Shown: positions 1-8,657 of the stretch, in pieces
Layout: each line of letters begins with the position of its first letter
How positions within the stretch are numbered: the first letter of the stretch is position 1
DNA from: Promethearchaeota archaeon
GTDB lineage: Archaea > Asgardarchaeota > Thorarchaeia > Thorarchaeales > Thorarchaeaceae
Assembly (NCBI GenBank): GCA_027031765.1
Contig: JALVPN010000041.1
Span: 1 to 32,000 of the forward strand
Direction of reading: 5' to 3'
DNA length: 32,000 bases
The notes under the pieces: model-generated
What the model was told of the DNA's origin: nothing
The model's database searches: none
Seen by the model: the letters and a program-made list of their open reading frames with translations, nothing else
Made by a program: the position numbers and the translations under genes

Positions 1-1
1 C

Positions 2-490
2 GTGCGTATGTTCGTGAGGATACCTCTGATACCGGGGCTCGTCGAGCTCACGCCGGGCTTCATGTTCTCGGAGCTCGGTGGGGTCATGGCGGGCATCCCG
101 GGTGGCCTCCTTGTAGGGGCGATTGTCGGGTTCGGCGGTGCGATGGCTGCGAACGAGCCGCCGTTGCTCCTGATGATTGGCAACATCGCCCTCGGCGTGG
201 GGACGGGCATTGCACTGCACATTGAGCCTGACCGTAACCGCCTGCGCTACATCGTCATGGTCATCCTGGGCGGTGGCATAATTGGCGGCCTGTTACCAAG
301 TATGACGATTTTTGCTCCACTGACGGAGTCTTTTGCAATCACCCTCAGTTATGCAATGCTTGACATGTACCAAGGGTTCGTCTGGGGGGCTGCTGCACTG
401 CTTGTCGAGGCGTTCCTCCTCCGCCCCATGCTTGCCCGCTACATGTACGCCGAGGAGAAAGAGCTCCTCTTGGACGAGGATGAAGGCTAG
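2..490 (+). CDS. Multi-pass membrane protein, possibly an ECF-transporter S component (probably 5'-partial)
   Basis: Several Gly-rich hydrophobic helices; ELGGVMAGIPGGLLVGAI resembles the GxxxGxxxG helix pattern of ECF S components; stop lies 6 nt before hypB. Confidence 0.45.
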   Translation: MRMFVRIPLIPGLVELTPGFMFSELGGVMAGIPGGLLVGAIVGFGGAMAANEPPLLLMIGNIALGVGTGIALHIEPDRNRLRYIVMVILGGGIIGGLLPSMTIFAPLTESFAITLSYAMLDMYQGFVWGAAALLVEAFLLRPMLARYMYAEEKELLLDEDEG

Positions 491-496
491 ACCGCA

Positions 497-1150
497 ATGG
501 CTGACAGGAAGACAGTATCAATCGATGTCCGGCGAGACCTGTTCGGCGCGAACGATGACGTGGCCGCACTGAACGCTGAGATGTTCAGGGAGCACGGTGT
601 GCGTGTCTTCGACATAATGGGCTCCGTGGGGACCGGGAAGACCCAGCTCATCGAGGCCATGTGCGACCGCCTGTCGCAACAGTACCGGGTCCTGATGGTC
701 GCCGGCGACCTCGCCACCCGGATTGACGCCGACCGTGTCGGTTCGCATGGTGTCGACACCGTACAGATCAATACGGGCACGGCATGTCACCTCGATGCAC
801 GGATGGTACGTGTTGCCCTGCGTGGTGTTGACCTCTCAAAGTACGACATCGTGTTCATCGAGAATGTCGGGAACCTGATATGTCCTGCCGGCTACAGCCT
901 CGGTGCCGAGAAGAAGGTCGTGGTCGTCAGCATCACCGAGGGGCCGTACATGATCCGCAAGCACCCGCTCACAATCAAGCGGTCTGACGCAGTCGTCATC
1001 AATAAGGTCGACCTGGCAGAGACCTTGGAGTTCGATGTCGACGCACTCGTCCGGGACATACGTGCGGTCGATGCCAACCTCCCCGTCTTCAGGGTCAGTG
1101 CAAAGACGGGGGACGGCATAGACGACCTCATGGCTGGGCTAGGCCTCTAG
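497..1150 (+). CDS. hypB: Hydrogenase nickel-incorporation GTPase HypB
   Basis: P-loop GSVGTGKT, DAxRV, QINTGTACHLDA, FIENVGNLICPA, VINKVDLA, SAKTGDG. Confidence 0.95.
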   Translation: MADRKTVSIDVRRDLFGANDDVAALNAEMFREHGVRVFDIMGSVGTGKTQLIEAMCDRLSQQYRVLMVAGDLATRIDADRVGSHGVDTVQINTGTACHLDARMVRVALRGVDLSKYDIVFIENVGNLICPAGYSLGAEKKVVVVSITEGPYMIRKHPLTIKRSDAVVINKVDLAETLEFDVDALVRDIRAVDANLPVFRVSAKTGDGIDDLMAGLGL

Positions 1151-1836
1151 CCACCGTGGTCCCCACTGCACATCTCTTCCAGGGCCCGCCTGACCCCAGC
1201 AACATGTCCAGCACCGAGTACGGCCACCACTTTTCCGGTGGTGTCGCCCAGTACCTGTCTGAGTGCCCTGGCCACGTACCTGTCACGTCCCTCAAGGAGT
1301 ACTGCATACATCCCCGGGAACTGCTCCCTGAACTCCTTGAGCACAGACTCAACACCGTCCTCTGTCTTGAGTTCTCCCACGACCTCATGGGCATCACAGT
1401 TGCCTAGCTCTTGGGCTGCGCTCGCCGCCATGTCCAGGAACGTATACACCTCTTCCAGTGAGACCTGCCGTTCCAGTTCGCGCATGGTCTCCGCAATGGG
1501 CCTGTCAACAAGTGCTACCTTTGCTCCCACGGCCCGTCCCTCCTCGATGGCTGCAAGCATCTCGTTCCCGACGCCAGCGCCAGTGGCAACACCTATGCTC
1601 TCCTCGAGAGTTGCGAGTTGCCACATCAGGTCGGTGACCGGGTCGCCACCCGCCGGTGGCATAGCTGTTACGTCCCCCGCTGCGCTCACCATGTGACTGT
1701 ACCTGTCCACGTCCAGTTCCACGGCAACGACCTCTGGTCGTACCTCCCTTATCACTCGCCTTACACGGTCCGTGCTCTCGTTGTCTGTGTGGATCACTGG
1801 CACGATGACGAGCCTCTCGATGTCAGCTGGCACCAC
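1147..1836 (-). CDS. TraB/PrgY/GumN (TIKI-like) family protein
   Basis: PVIH...RPEVVAVELD, EMLAAI, VALVDRPI, LLEGRDRYVA, VVAVLGAGHVAGV motifs. Confidence 0.85.
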   Translation of the reverse strand: MVPADIERLVIVPVIHTDNESTDRVRRVIREVRPEVVAVELDVDRYSHMVSAAGDVTAMPPAGGDPVTDLMWQLATLEESIGVATGAGVGNEMLAAIEEGRAVGAKVALVDRPIAETMRELERQVSLEEVYTFLDMAASAAQELGNCDAHEVVGELKTEDGVESVLKEFREQFPGMYAVLLEGRDRYVARALRQVLGDTTGKVVAVLGAGHVAGVRRALEEMCSGDHGG

Positions 1837-2030
1837 TGTTCCCTCACCTGAGAGGGTGCTGTCTACAGATATAAGCGCGTCCTGTCAGGCATGCGCCCAG
1901 AGTGTCCCATGTGCAGGTCGGGGGTCAGTGCGCCACGGACAATACATACTCTCATCAATGCACGCCAACCTTTTTCACCGGCTGCAGGTGTGACACACAG
2001 CAGTCCTGACTCACTGAAGGGGCGACCACT

Positions 2031-2396
2031 GTGCCAAGACCCGAGCTGGAACTCACACTGTCGAAACTCAAGAACCCACGCATGAGCGCCGGTCTGATGG
2101 TGCTCTACAGTCTGTTGGCTGGACTGAAGGGCCCAGTAGTGCCCCCAAGGGAAGTCCGCGAGAGGACTGAGGTGTGGACTGGGGGCCGCCCCCCTTCAAA
2201 ACAGTCCATCAGCAATGCTGCACGTCGCCTCGACGAGGCCGGCCTGGTAGAACGCACCGAGGGCTACTCGGTCAAGTACGGCTACCTGATTGCGGTACTG
2301 TTGGACTCGTTGCTCGACCTGTCAGACCGTGTGGCCGAGCTCGAGGAGGAACTGGCGTCCATGCGCTCGAAGATGCGCACCCCGGTCGAGGCGTAG
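2031..2396 (+). CDS. Small winged-helix DNA-binding protein with C-terminal coiled coil
   Basis: SKQSISNAARRLDEAGLVERTEG fits a wHTH recognition helix and wing; LSDRVAELEEELASMR has a heptad pattern. Confidence 0.65.
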   Translation: MPRPELELTLSKLKNPRMSAGLMVLYSLLAGLKGPVVPPREVRERTEVWTGGRPPSKQSISNAARRLDEAGLVERTEGYSVKYGYLIAVLLDSLLDLSDRVAELEEELASMRSKMRTPVEA

Positions 2397-2470
2397 TGCA
2401 GCAGCGTCCTGCGACGACTGACACACTGTATGACAGTCCCGGCCACAAGACTGCGTGGTAGCTGCTACGT

Positions 2471-3652
2471 TCAGTCTGCCGGTATCGTCGTGGAGACCAC
2501 GTCGAGGTCGTTGAACAGGGCATTGAGAGTGCCCCGTGTGACGTGTGGCATTATTACCAGCCTGATTGACGACGGCAGTGGAGATGTCGCCATCCGCCAC
2601 CCGCGCCCCTCCATCGCTTCCACAATCCTGTCAACAGGCACCTCGCGGCTGGTGATTGCCACTATGTTCATGACCGGCGGGATTACGGCTTCGAGCATCG
2701 GGTTCAGGTGCACCCGTTCTACGGCATGCTGTGTCGTCTCCATGCACTGTGCAACGACCTTGCGGTACCCTTCCCTTCCGAGGTGACGCATGATTGCCCA
2801 TGCTGCAATTATGGACGCCGCCGGACGTGTGCCGAGCATAGATGCCTGGCGTGACGATGCACCGGGTAGATATGGGACTCGTGTCGTTATCGCCTTCAGG
2901 TACTTCGACGACCTGAACAGTATGCACCCCGAGGGGATCGGTGCCAGCCCCATCTTGTGCGGGTCGGTGCTCACACTGGTCACCCCCTTCACTGAGAAGT
3001 CGAACGGGTAGTCCCCGAGACCCAGGTCTCTCAGGAATGGTATCACGAAGCCACCGAACGCAGCGTCTACGTGGAGCGGCAGCCCGTACTCGGAGGCAAT
3101 CTCTCCAATCTGTTCAATGGGGTCCACCTGGCCCAAATAGGTCGTACCGGCGGTCACAAAGATACCGACCGTGTCTGGGGTTATTGCCCGCTCGATTGCC
3201 CGTGGTACCGCACGGTATGACCTGTCCACGCGTGTCGCGACCAGCCGCACACCTAACAACCATGCAGCCTTCTTGACCGAGGAGTGTGCAGTCCTCGGAG
3301 CAATCACCTCTGGCCTGTCTGTCCTCTTCTTGGCGAGCTCTCTCGCAGCCAGCATTGCAAGGATGTTGGACTCTGTGCCCCCGGAGGTCGTTGTCCCATG
3401 TGGCCTGCGGAGGCCGAGCAGGTCTCCTATCATCTCTAGGAGCTCCTGTTCGATTTTCGCCGAGCCCTGGAAAGTGTGCAGTCTACCTGCGTTCTTCTCC
3501 AGTGTCCTCACGAAGACCTCCGCACCGAGTGCATGTGGTATCGTCGACATCGATGCTGTCGGATGGCCAGAACGGTAGGTCGCATCCGCCCTGAGGGTTC
3601 TGTCCAGGGCTGCAAGGACCTCCTCTGCGCTCACTCCGTGTTCGTCAAACAT
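2471..3652 (-). CDS. mfnA: PLP-dependent L-tyrosine/L-aspartate decarboxylase (group II)
   Basis: TSGGTESN, AGTTYLGQVDPI, LHVDAAFGG, DPHKMG (PLP lysine), LGTRP. Confidence 0.9.
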   Translation of the reverse strand: MFDEHGVSAEEVLAALDRTLRADATYRSGHPTASMSTIPHALGAEVFVRTLEKNAGRLHTFQGSAKIEQELLEMIGDLLGLRRPHGTTTSGGTESNILAMLAARELAKKRTDRPEVIAPRTAHSSVKKAAWLLGVRLVATRVDRSYRAVPRAIERAITPDTVGIFVTAGTTYLGQVDPIEQIGEIASEYGLPLHVDAAFGGFVIPFLRDLGLGDYPFDFSVKGVTSVSTDPHKMGLAPIPSGCILFRSSKYLKAITTRVPYLPGASSRQASMLGTRPAASIIAAWAIMRHLGREGYRKVVAQCMETTQHAVERVHLNPMLEAVIPPVMNIVAITSREVPVDRIVEAMEGRGWRMATSPLPSSIRLVIMPHVTRGTLNALFNDLDVVSTTIPAD

Positions 3653-3824
3653 GCTCAGAGCTCCACCATTGTGGTGGGCGAGTGTCTGCCGGGCTAAGTA
3701 TAATGCTTGTGGAACATGCTTCTCCCGGCCGACGTGGTCATTGTGTCCAACACTACTGGGACAACTGCGTGACCGATGACCTGGTGGTGCAACTACCTGG
3801 AGGACCGGAAGACCTGGTCAAAAA

Positions 3825-3930
3825 TGGGGCCCGGAGCGGGAATTGAACCCGCGGCTAGGGATCCACAGTCCCCAAGGTTGCCATCTGGCTCCACGGCACT
3901 GCATGCCAGCGGAACTACCCCATCCGGGCC
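3825..3930 (-). tRNA. tRNA-His(GUG) with encoded G-1 and CCA and a ~30-nt insertion (putative non-canonical intron) in the D-loop
   Basis: Acceptor GCCCGGA/TCCGGGC, D-stem GGGT/ACCT, anticodon arm GGGGA-CTGTGGA-TCCCT, T-arm GCGGG-TTCAATT-CCCGC, C73, CCA; 105 nt from G1 to A76; TTTT follows. Confidence 0.92.
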
Positions 3931-4099
3931 ATGGCTGAATACCTGCGCCCTCTTGGGCACGGTGCAGGGTGTCCTGTCCTCTTATTAGCTTTGTCCATGT
4001 GCCACAGTCCTTCCACTCCGCACCAGTACTGGTACCATATGTGTGGCTATGCTCCCACTGTCCTGGACTCTGTGCCGTCCAACGCGTACACGGCACGGC

Positions 4100-4543
4100 T
4101 CATAGGTGGTAGTCGTGGTGATGGTGGTGGTCTTCGTCACTGTCAGGTAACGAGAATGTGAACAGTCTGACGTACTCGATGCCAGAGAGCCCTCCTATCT
4201 GGTCAGCAAGCCTCTGGATGCTCTCACGGTTGCCACGTATTGTGAGGATTTCAAGGCAGTGGCTGCTGGTGAGGTGCACATGCACTGTCGACATTACGTG
4301 GGCCTCCGCATCGTGCTGCATCTTGATCAGTTTCGCCATCAGTACGGGCCTGTGCCGGTACACGATGTTGAGGGCAGCAAGGTTCACGTCTCTGTCCGAC
4401 TCCCAGTCGTCCTGACTGAGGTACAGGCGCATGGCGTCCCTGATGGCCTCTGAACGCCCCACGTACCGGCGACGGGCAACGAGCCGGTCAAACCTCTCGA
4501 GCAGGTCCTCTGGGACTGACACTCCAAACCGCTTGAGCGACAT
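4100..4543 (-). CDS. nikR: Nickel-responsive ribbon-helix-helix regulator NikR
   Basis: N-terminal KRFGVSVP ribbon, RSEAIRDAMR, Ni ligands QHD...HVHLTSSHCLE; ATG at 4543 preferred over the longer ORF start at 4762. Confidence 0.95.
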   Translation of the reverse strand: MSLKRFGVSVPEDLLERFDRLVARRRYVGRSEAIRDAMRLYLSQDDWESDRDVNLAALNIVYRHRPVLMAKLIKMQHDAEAHVMSTVHVHLTSSHCLEILTIRGNRESIQRLADQIGGLSGIEYVRLFTFSLPDSDEDHHHHHDYHL

Positions 4544-4566
4544 GCTTGGCACAACCTGCACAGTTA

Positions 4567-4593
4567 GTAGCACGATTTCGGAAGAAGTAACAC
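4567..4593. promoter_or_regulatory. Candidate NikR operator, GTAGCAC-N13-GTAACAC
   Basis: 7-bp direct repeat with one mismatch and 13-bp spacer between nikR and nikM, directly abutting the TATA box. Confidence 0.7.
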
Positions 4594-4600
4594 ATTTAAG
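4581..4600 (+). promoter_or_regulatory. Archaeal BRE/TATA promoter of nikMNQO
   Basis: Purine-rich gaagaagtaa stretch then ATTTAAG about 40 nt upstream of ATG 4639; GGAGGT SD at 4623-4628. Confidence 0.6.
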
Positions 4601-4638
4601 TCTGCCTGCCGGCGCTGCCCCCGGAGGTATCTGGACGT

Positions 4639-5352
4639 ATGCATGTAGGCGACGGCATTGTGCCACTGTGGCTGCTCCTCGTGATGTACGTTGTGAGCGG
4701 TGCCATGCTTGTCCTGTCGGCGCGCCGTATCCGGGCCAGGTTTGATGACCGCCTTGTCCCATACATGGGTGTACTTGCTGCTGTGATCTACGCAGCGCAG
4801 TATGTCAACTTCCCTGTGTCGGTGTCAAGCGGTCACCTCATCGGTGCCACCATGATTGCAGTGATGGTGGGCCCCTATGCTGGTGCGCTTATCATGGCAC
4901 TCGTGCTCTTTGTACAGGTTTTGGGTGGTGACGGCGGGATACTGACGTACGGCCTAAATACGTTCAACATGGCTGTGTTCTCCTGTTTTGTGGGCTGGGC
5001 GCTCTCGGCCTATCTCTACAGGGTGCTGGCGCAGCGTCTGACAGAGGAACGGGCCGTGCTTGTAGCCACCTCTGTAGCATCATATGTCACAACAGTGGCA
5101 GCCGCACTGGTGCTCGGTATTGAACTGTTCACAGTCCCAGGGTTTGGCATCGTGCCGTTCACCGCAATAGTGGGGATCCATGCCCTGATTGGGATTGGCG
5201 AGGCAGTCCTCACATTTGTAATCCTGCTCTACTTTGTGAGGGCACGGCCGAACCTGATATCGTTCCTATCAGGCAACGAGGTCTCCGAGATAGCACAGGT
5301 GGGCGGGGCCCCGTGGGCAACACCGGAAGCGGCTGCTCCGACTACCAGCTAG
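4639..5352 (+). CDS. nikM: ECF Ni/Co transporter substrate component NikM/CbiM
   Basis: N-terminal metal-binding MHVGDG, SGHLIG, GGDGG, GIHALIGIGEA. Confidence 0.92.
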   Translation: MHVGDGIVPLWLLLVMYVVSGAMLVLSARRIRARFDDRLVPYMGVLAAVIYAAQYVNFPVSVSSGHLIGATMIAVMVGPYAGALIMALVLFVQVLGGDGGILTYGLNTFNMAVFSCFVGWALSAYLYRVLAQRLTEERAVLVATSVASYVTTVAAALVLGIELFTVPGFGIVPFTAIVGIHALIGIGEAVLTFVILLYFVRARPNLISFLSGNEVSEIAQVGGAPWATPEAAAPTTS

Positions 5353-5364
5353 ATGTGATGTGGG

Positions 5365-5658
5365 GTGTTACCAGTGGAACGAGATGAACTTGTCCGGTTC
5401 GTACTGCCCATAGTCGTAGTACTCATTGCTGTTGTCACGTTCCTCGTGCTCGGGGGCCTGGCCTCTCAGAACCCTGACGGGTTTGAATGGGCACTGTTCG
5501 AGGTGGCCAACGTCACGGAGCCTGAGGGCGTGTTCGAAGGCATCTGGGCCCCCTTGGGCGAGGGGCCTTTGGTGGACGCACTCGTAGGCACCATTGGCAT
5601 AGTCTTGGTGTTCGTCCTTGCCATGTTGGTCTTCTACCTGATGGCCCGCAGGGAGTAG
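5365..5658 (+). CDS. nikN: NikN-type (PDGLE domain) accessory membrane subunit
   Basis: Two TM helices flanking LASQNPDGFE; position between nikM and nikQ. Confidence 0.85.
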   Translation: MLPVERDELVRFVLPIVVVLIAVVTFLVLGGLASQNPDGFEWALFEVANVTEPEGVFEGIWAPLGEGPLVDALVGTIGIVLVFVLAMLVFYLMARRE

Positions 5659-5720
5659 TCCCACGGGCCGGGTGAGTGCTGTCCGGTAACACCGACTGGA
5701 GCGGACATGGTGGTGCTCTG

Positions 5721-6497
5721 ATGGCGAGGTTCCTGTTGCCACTGAGAGAGGGCCGCACGGAGCCCGGCCCTTTCTCACCCGCTGCGCTGTTCGTGTCTGC
5801 AGTGGTGGCTGCGGTCGTGGTGAACCTTGTGACTGAGCCCATGGTGGTCCTCTCCCTTTTCTTTCTCGTGCTCATCGGGGGGACCGTTGCACGTACAAGG
5901 TGGCGTGCGGTCCTGGGCCTCGCTGCTAGGTTCGAGTTCGTAGTCCTGTTCTGGGTCCTCTTGGAGCCCATCACGTATGGACAGACCGTTGTCGGTGTCA
6001 TCCAGACGCCATGGGGGCCCTTGCCTGTCTACCGGGAGGGCATCCGGATGGGCATACTGCTCGGGCTGCGCATGGTGACAATCCTTACAACAGTGCTTGC
6101 GGCCCTCTCCCACATGACACTGAGCGACCTGATTGGGGCGCTCCAGACGATCAGGTTGCCCGGCATCATCCTGGGCTCTCTGGTCATCATGATGAGGTAC
6201 CTGCCTGTCTTCATGGAGGAGCGCAGGCGTATGGAGGACGCCCTGGCCCTGCGGGGGCTACAGACTGGCAGTCGTCGGGAGCGGCTCAGGGCACTTGGTT
6301 CCATGGTCGGCACTACCATCGACCGTGCATTCACCAGGAGCGAGGCGGTATATGATGCCATGAAACTACGTGGGTTCTCCGGCTGCGTACCCGTCACCGC
6401 AGCGGGCCTGCGACGTACAGACGTACTCCTCCTCATGCTGCTGGGCCTGTTCGCCCTCGCGGCGTTCTATGTGTTCCCTGCGGTGGTGGTACTGTGA
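5721..6497 (+). CDS. nikQ: ECF transmembrane T component NikQ/CbiQ
   Basis: Multi-TM; MRYLPVFMEERRRMEDALALRG and RAFTRSEAVYDAMKLRGF motifs; alternative GTG start at 5676. Confidence 0.9.
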   Translation: MARFLLPLREGRTEPGPFSPAALFVSAVVAAVVVNLVTEPMVVLSLFFLVLIGGTVARTRWRAVLGLAARFEFVVLFWVLLEPITYGQTVVGVIQTPWGPLPVYREGIRMGILLGLRMVTILTTVLAALSHMTLSDLIGALQTIRLPGIILGSLVIMMRYLPVFMEERRRMEDALALRGLQTGSRRERLRALGSMVGTTIDRAFTRSEAVYDAMKLRGFSGCVPVTAAGLRRTDVLLLMLLGLFALAAFYVFPAVVVL

Positions 6498-7285
6498 CCT
6501 GCGCCATTGATATCATTGACCTGAACTTCCGATACGACTCCTTTGCACTCCGGGACATTACGACACAGCTGCATATCGGCGAACAGAAAGCGGTCGTTGG
6601 GCTGAACGGTTCGGGCAAGACGACCCTGTTCAAGCTCATTGTGGGCCTCCTGAGACCGCTGTCCGGCGAGGTCTACGTGTTGGACCGTCGCGTGACGCCC
6701 GAGGACCTCTGGGAGATACGGCAGCAGGTCGGTTTTCTGTTCCAGAACCCTGAGGACCAGCTCTTCGCACCAACGGTGTGGGAGGATGTGGCCTTCGGCC
6801 CGCAGAACATGGGCCTTTCCAACGAGGAGGTCGAGGACCGTGTGGTCGAGGCGCTCAGTACTGTTGACCTGCTCGACCTCGCCGACCGGCCGGTCAACCA
6901 GCTGAGCCATGGCCAGGCGAAACGTGTGGCACTGGCAGGCGTCATCGCCATGCGTCCCAAGGTGCTGCTCTTGGACGAGCCCTTTGCTGGCCTCGACTTT
7001 CCCATGGTGGAGGCGGTGGTGGACACGATAGAGAGGCTGCGCAGACGTGGTGTGAGTGTACTGTACACTACTCACAGCCGCTTCTTCCTTGAGAACTGGG
7101 CCGACTCTGTGCTGGTACTTGAGAGTGGGCGTGTGGTCTATGACGGCCCGGCAGACGAGGCCCTCCGGGAGCCCCGCGTCCTCGGACAGGTCGGGGACTG
7201 GGGACGTCTGCGGGAGTCGATTCACCGGTCACGCACGGTACCCCTTGATATCGATGCCGGGCTTGGTGCCGACATGGAACCGTGA
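6494..7285 (+). CDS. nikO: ECF ATPase NikO/CbiO
   Basis: Walker A GLNGSGKT, FQNPEDQLF, LSHGQAKR, LLLDEP; GTGA overlap with nikQ. Confidence 0.92.
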   Translation: MTCAIDIIDLNFRYDSFALRDITTQLHIGEQKAVVGLNGSGKTTLFKLIVGLLRPLSGEVYVLDRRVTPEDLWEIRQQVGFLFQNPEDQLFAPTVWEDVAFGPQNMGLSNEEVEDRVVEALSTVDLLDLADRPVNQLSHGQAKRVALAGVIAMRPKVLLLDEPFAGLDFPMVEAVVDTIERLRRRGVSVLYTTHSRFFLENWADSVLVLESGRVVYDGPADEALREPRVLGQVGDWGRLRESIHRSRTVPLDIDAGLGADMEP

Positions 7286-7452
7286 TGCCGGTTGGTGGCG
7301 GGGAGTGGGTCCGGGTGCAGGGGTCAGCCTGTCCTCTGTCTGATGGGATTGATCTGTGTGCGTTGTGGGCCTACACACTCGGGAAGGACTGCTATGTTTG
7401 CCCGAAAAGGTAAAAAGACATACCACATCATTGCAGCGTGCCTGTTCTCAGT

Positions 7453-7540
7453 GCGGAGGTTGCCAAGCCAGGTCAAAGGCGCAGGGCTCAGGTCCCTGTC
7501 CCGCAGGGGTTCGCGAGTTCAAATCTCGCCCTCCGCACCA
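7453..7540 (+). tRNA. tRNA-Leu(CAG), long variable arm, encoded CCA
   Basis: GCGGAGG/CCTCCGC acceptor, CAGGG-CTCAGGT-CCCTG anticodon arm, GCGAG-TTCAAAT-CTCGC T-arm, A73-CCA. Confidence 0.97.
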
Positions 7541-7974
7541 CTCTCTCCAGTCCCCTCATGCGGGGGGATGAGGAACATGGTCTCTACCTTCTCGACACCA
7601 TCGATACGCTCAAGGTCTCCAGTCAGGAACCTCGACAGGTCTGCCATGTTCCGGAACCGTGCCACACAGACGAAGGTCGCCGGACCTGTCGTCCAGTAGA
7701 CCCGTGTTATGTCCTGACATGTCAGGAGTGTGTCGTATACGGTTCTCGTCACGCCGGGCCGTACTGTCACGAGGAGCACGGCCTGGATGTCATATCCGAG
7801 CCTCCGCCAGTCGACGTCCACCGTGAACCTCTCGATGATCCCCTCGTCCCTCAGACGCCTTATCCGGTTGCGTACAGCCCCTGGACTGAGTGACACCTGT
7901 CGCCCTATCTGCCGCAGGGAGCTCCTCGAGTCCTGTGTGAGGAGCCCGATTATTCTCATGTCCTTCTCGTCCAC
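7519..7974 (-). CDS. Lrp/AsnC family transcriptional regulator
   Basis: DEKDMRIIGLLTQDSRSSLRQIG...VRNRIRRLRDEGIIERFT HTH plus RAM domain; GTG start at 7974 assumed. Confidence 0.92.
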   Translation of the reverse strand: MDEKDMRIIGLLTQDSRSSLRQIGRQVSLSPGAVRNRIRRLRDEGIIERFTVDVDWRRLGYDIQAVLLVTVRPGVTRTVYDTLLTCQDITRVYWTTGPATFVCVARFRNMADLSRFLTGDLERIDGVEKVETMFLIPPHEGTGESGAEGEI

Positions 7975-8121
7975 TTGTTCCAAAGGCCGCACCTGGCGAA
8001 GACCGCTCTCCCTCCAGTGGCACACTCAGATGTGATAAAGCTTCTCCGGTTGTCTGTCCACATGGCCCGGTGGTCCTGGCTCCCAAGCTGCTGTCCGGCC
8101 AGTCCCGGCGACTGGTCCTGT

Positions 8122-8520
8122 TCACTTCACACGCACAATCACTCTGCGGCCCATTATCTCCCAGTACTCGACCTCAGCATTGAGGGCAATCTTTGCGGCA
8201 AGCTCCTCGTCCGTCGGCCGTGCTATCTCAAAGGTCTCGTACGTCTCGCTGTCCATCAGGCTGAGGGTCTCGCCCATGTCGGCTATTATTGTTGCAGCCC
8301 TCTTGTCTATCACCGGTACGTCGACCATGCGGTCTGCAGGCATGACCACATTCCGTTTCCGGTTGTCGAAGAACCCGATGGCCATTATGTTGGCCTTTGC
8401 AGCACCGTGTTTGCCCGGCTTTGACTTCTCAATGCTCACCACACGGCAGGGCTCCCCATCAATGATGAAATAGCTGCCTGGTTTCAATGTCTTGACGCTA
8501 GTCTTCCTGACACTCAACAC
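8122..8520 (-). CDS. eif5a: Translation factor aIF5A
   Basis: SKPGKHGAAK hypusine-site motif; LMDSETYETFE. Confidence 0.97.
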   Translation of the reverse strand: MLSVRKTSVKTLKPGSYFIIDGEPCRVVSIEKSKPGKHGAAKANIMAIGFFDNRKRNVVMPADRMVDVPVIDKRAATIIADMGETLSLMDSETYETFEIARPTDEELAAKIALNAEVEYWEIMGRRVIVRVK

Positions 8521-8657
8521 ACTTCACCAATCCAGTCTTGCAGACCGTCATGGGGTCACCTGCCGTCCATCTAAATACTTTGTGGGGGCCGGGCAGGTAC
8601 GGGGCCTGCCGATAATAGTAAAAGGCGCCCCCAGTTGGGTCACCCCGGTGCGTCTCG

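Noticed and set aside
1147-1150. hypB/traB convergent stop overlap (CTAG)
   Set aside because: Common compact-genome arrangement with no functional implication
3154-3930. tRNA-His as a mobile-element integration site
   Set aside because: No integrase, no duplicated tRNA 3' end, and housekeeping genes on both sides
4544-4762. N-terminal extension of NikR in the ORF track
   Set aside because: Overlaps the nikM start and promoter; the family N-terminus begins at ATG 4543
5365-5371. Second NikR site (GTGTTAC) at the nikN start
   Set aside because: Isolated half-site with no partner 13 bp away on either side
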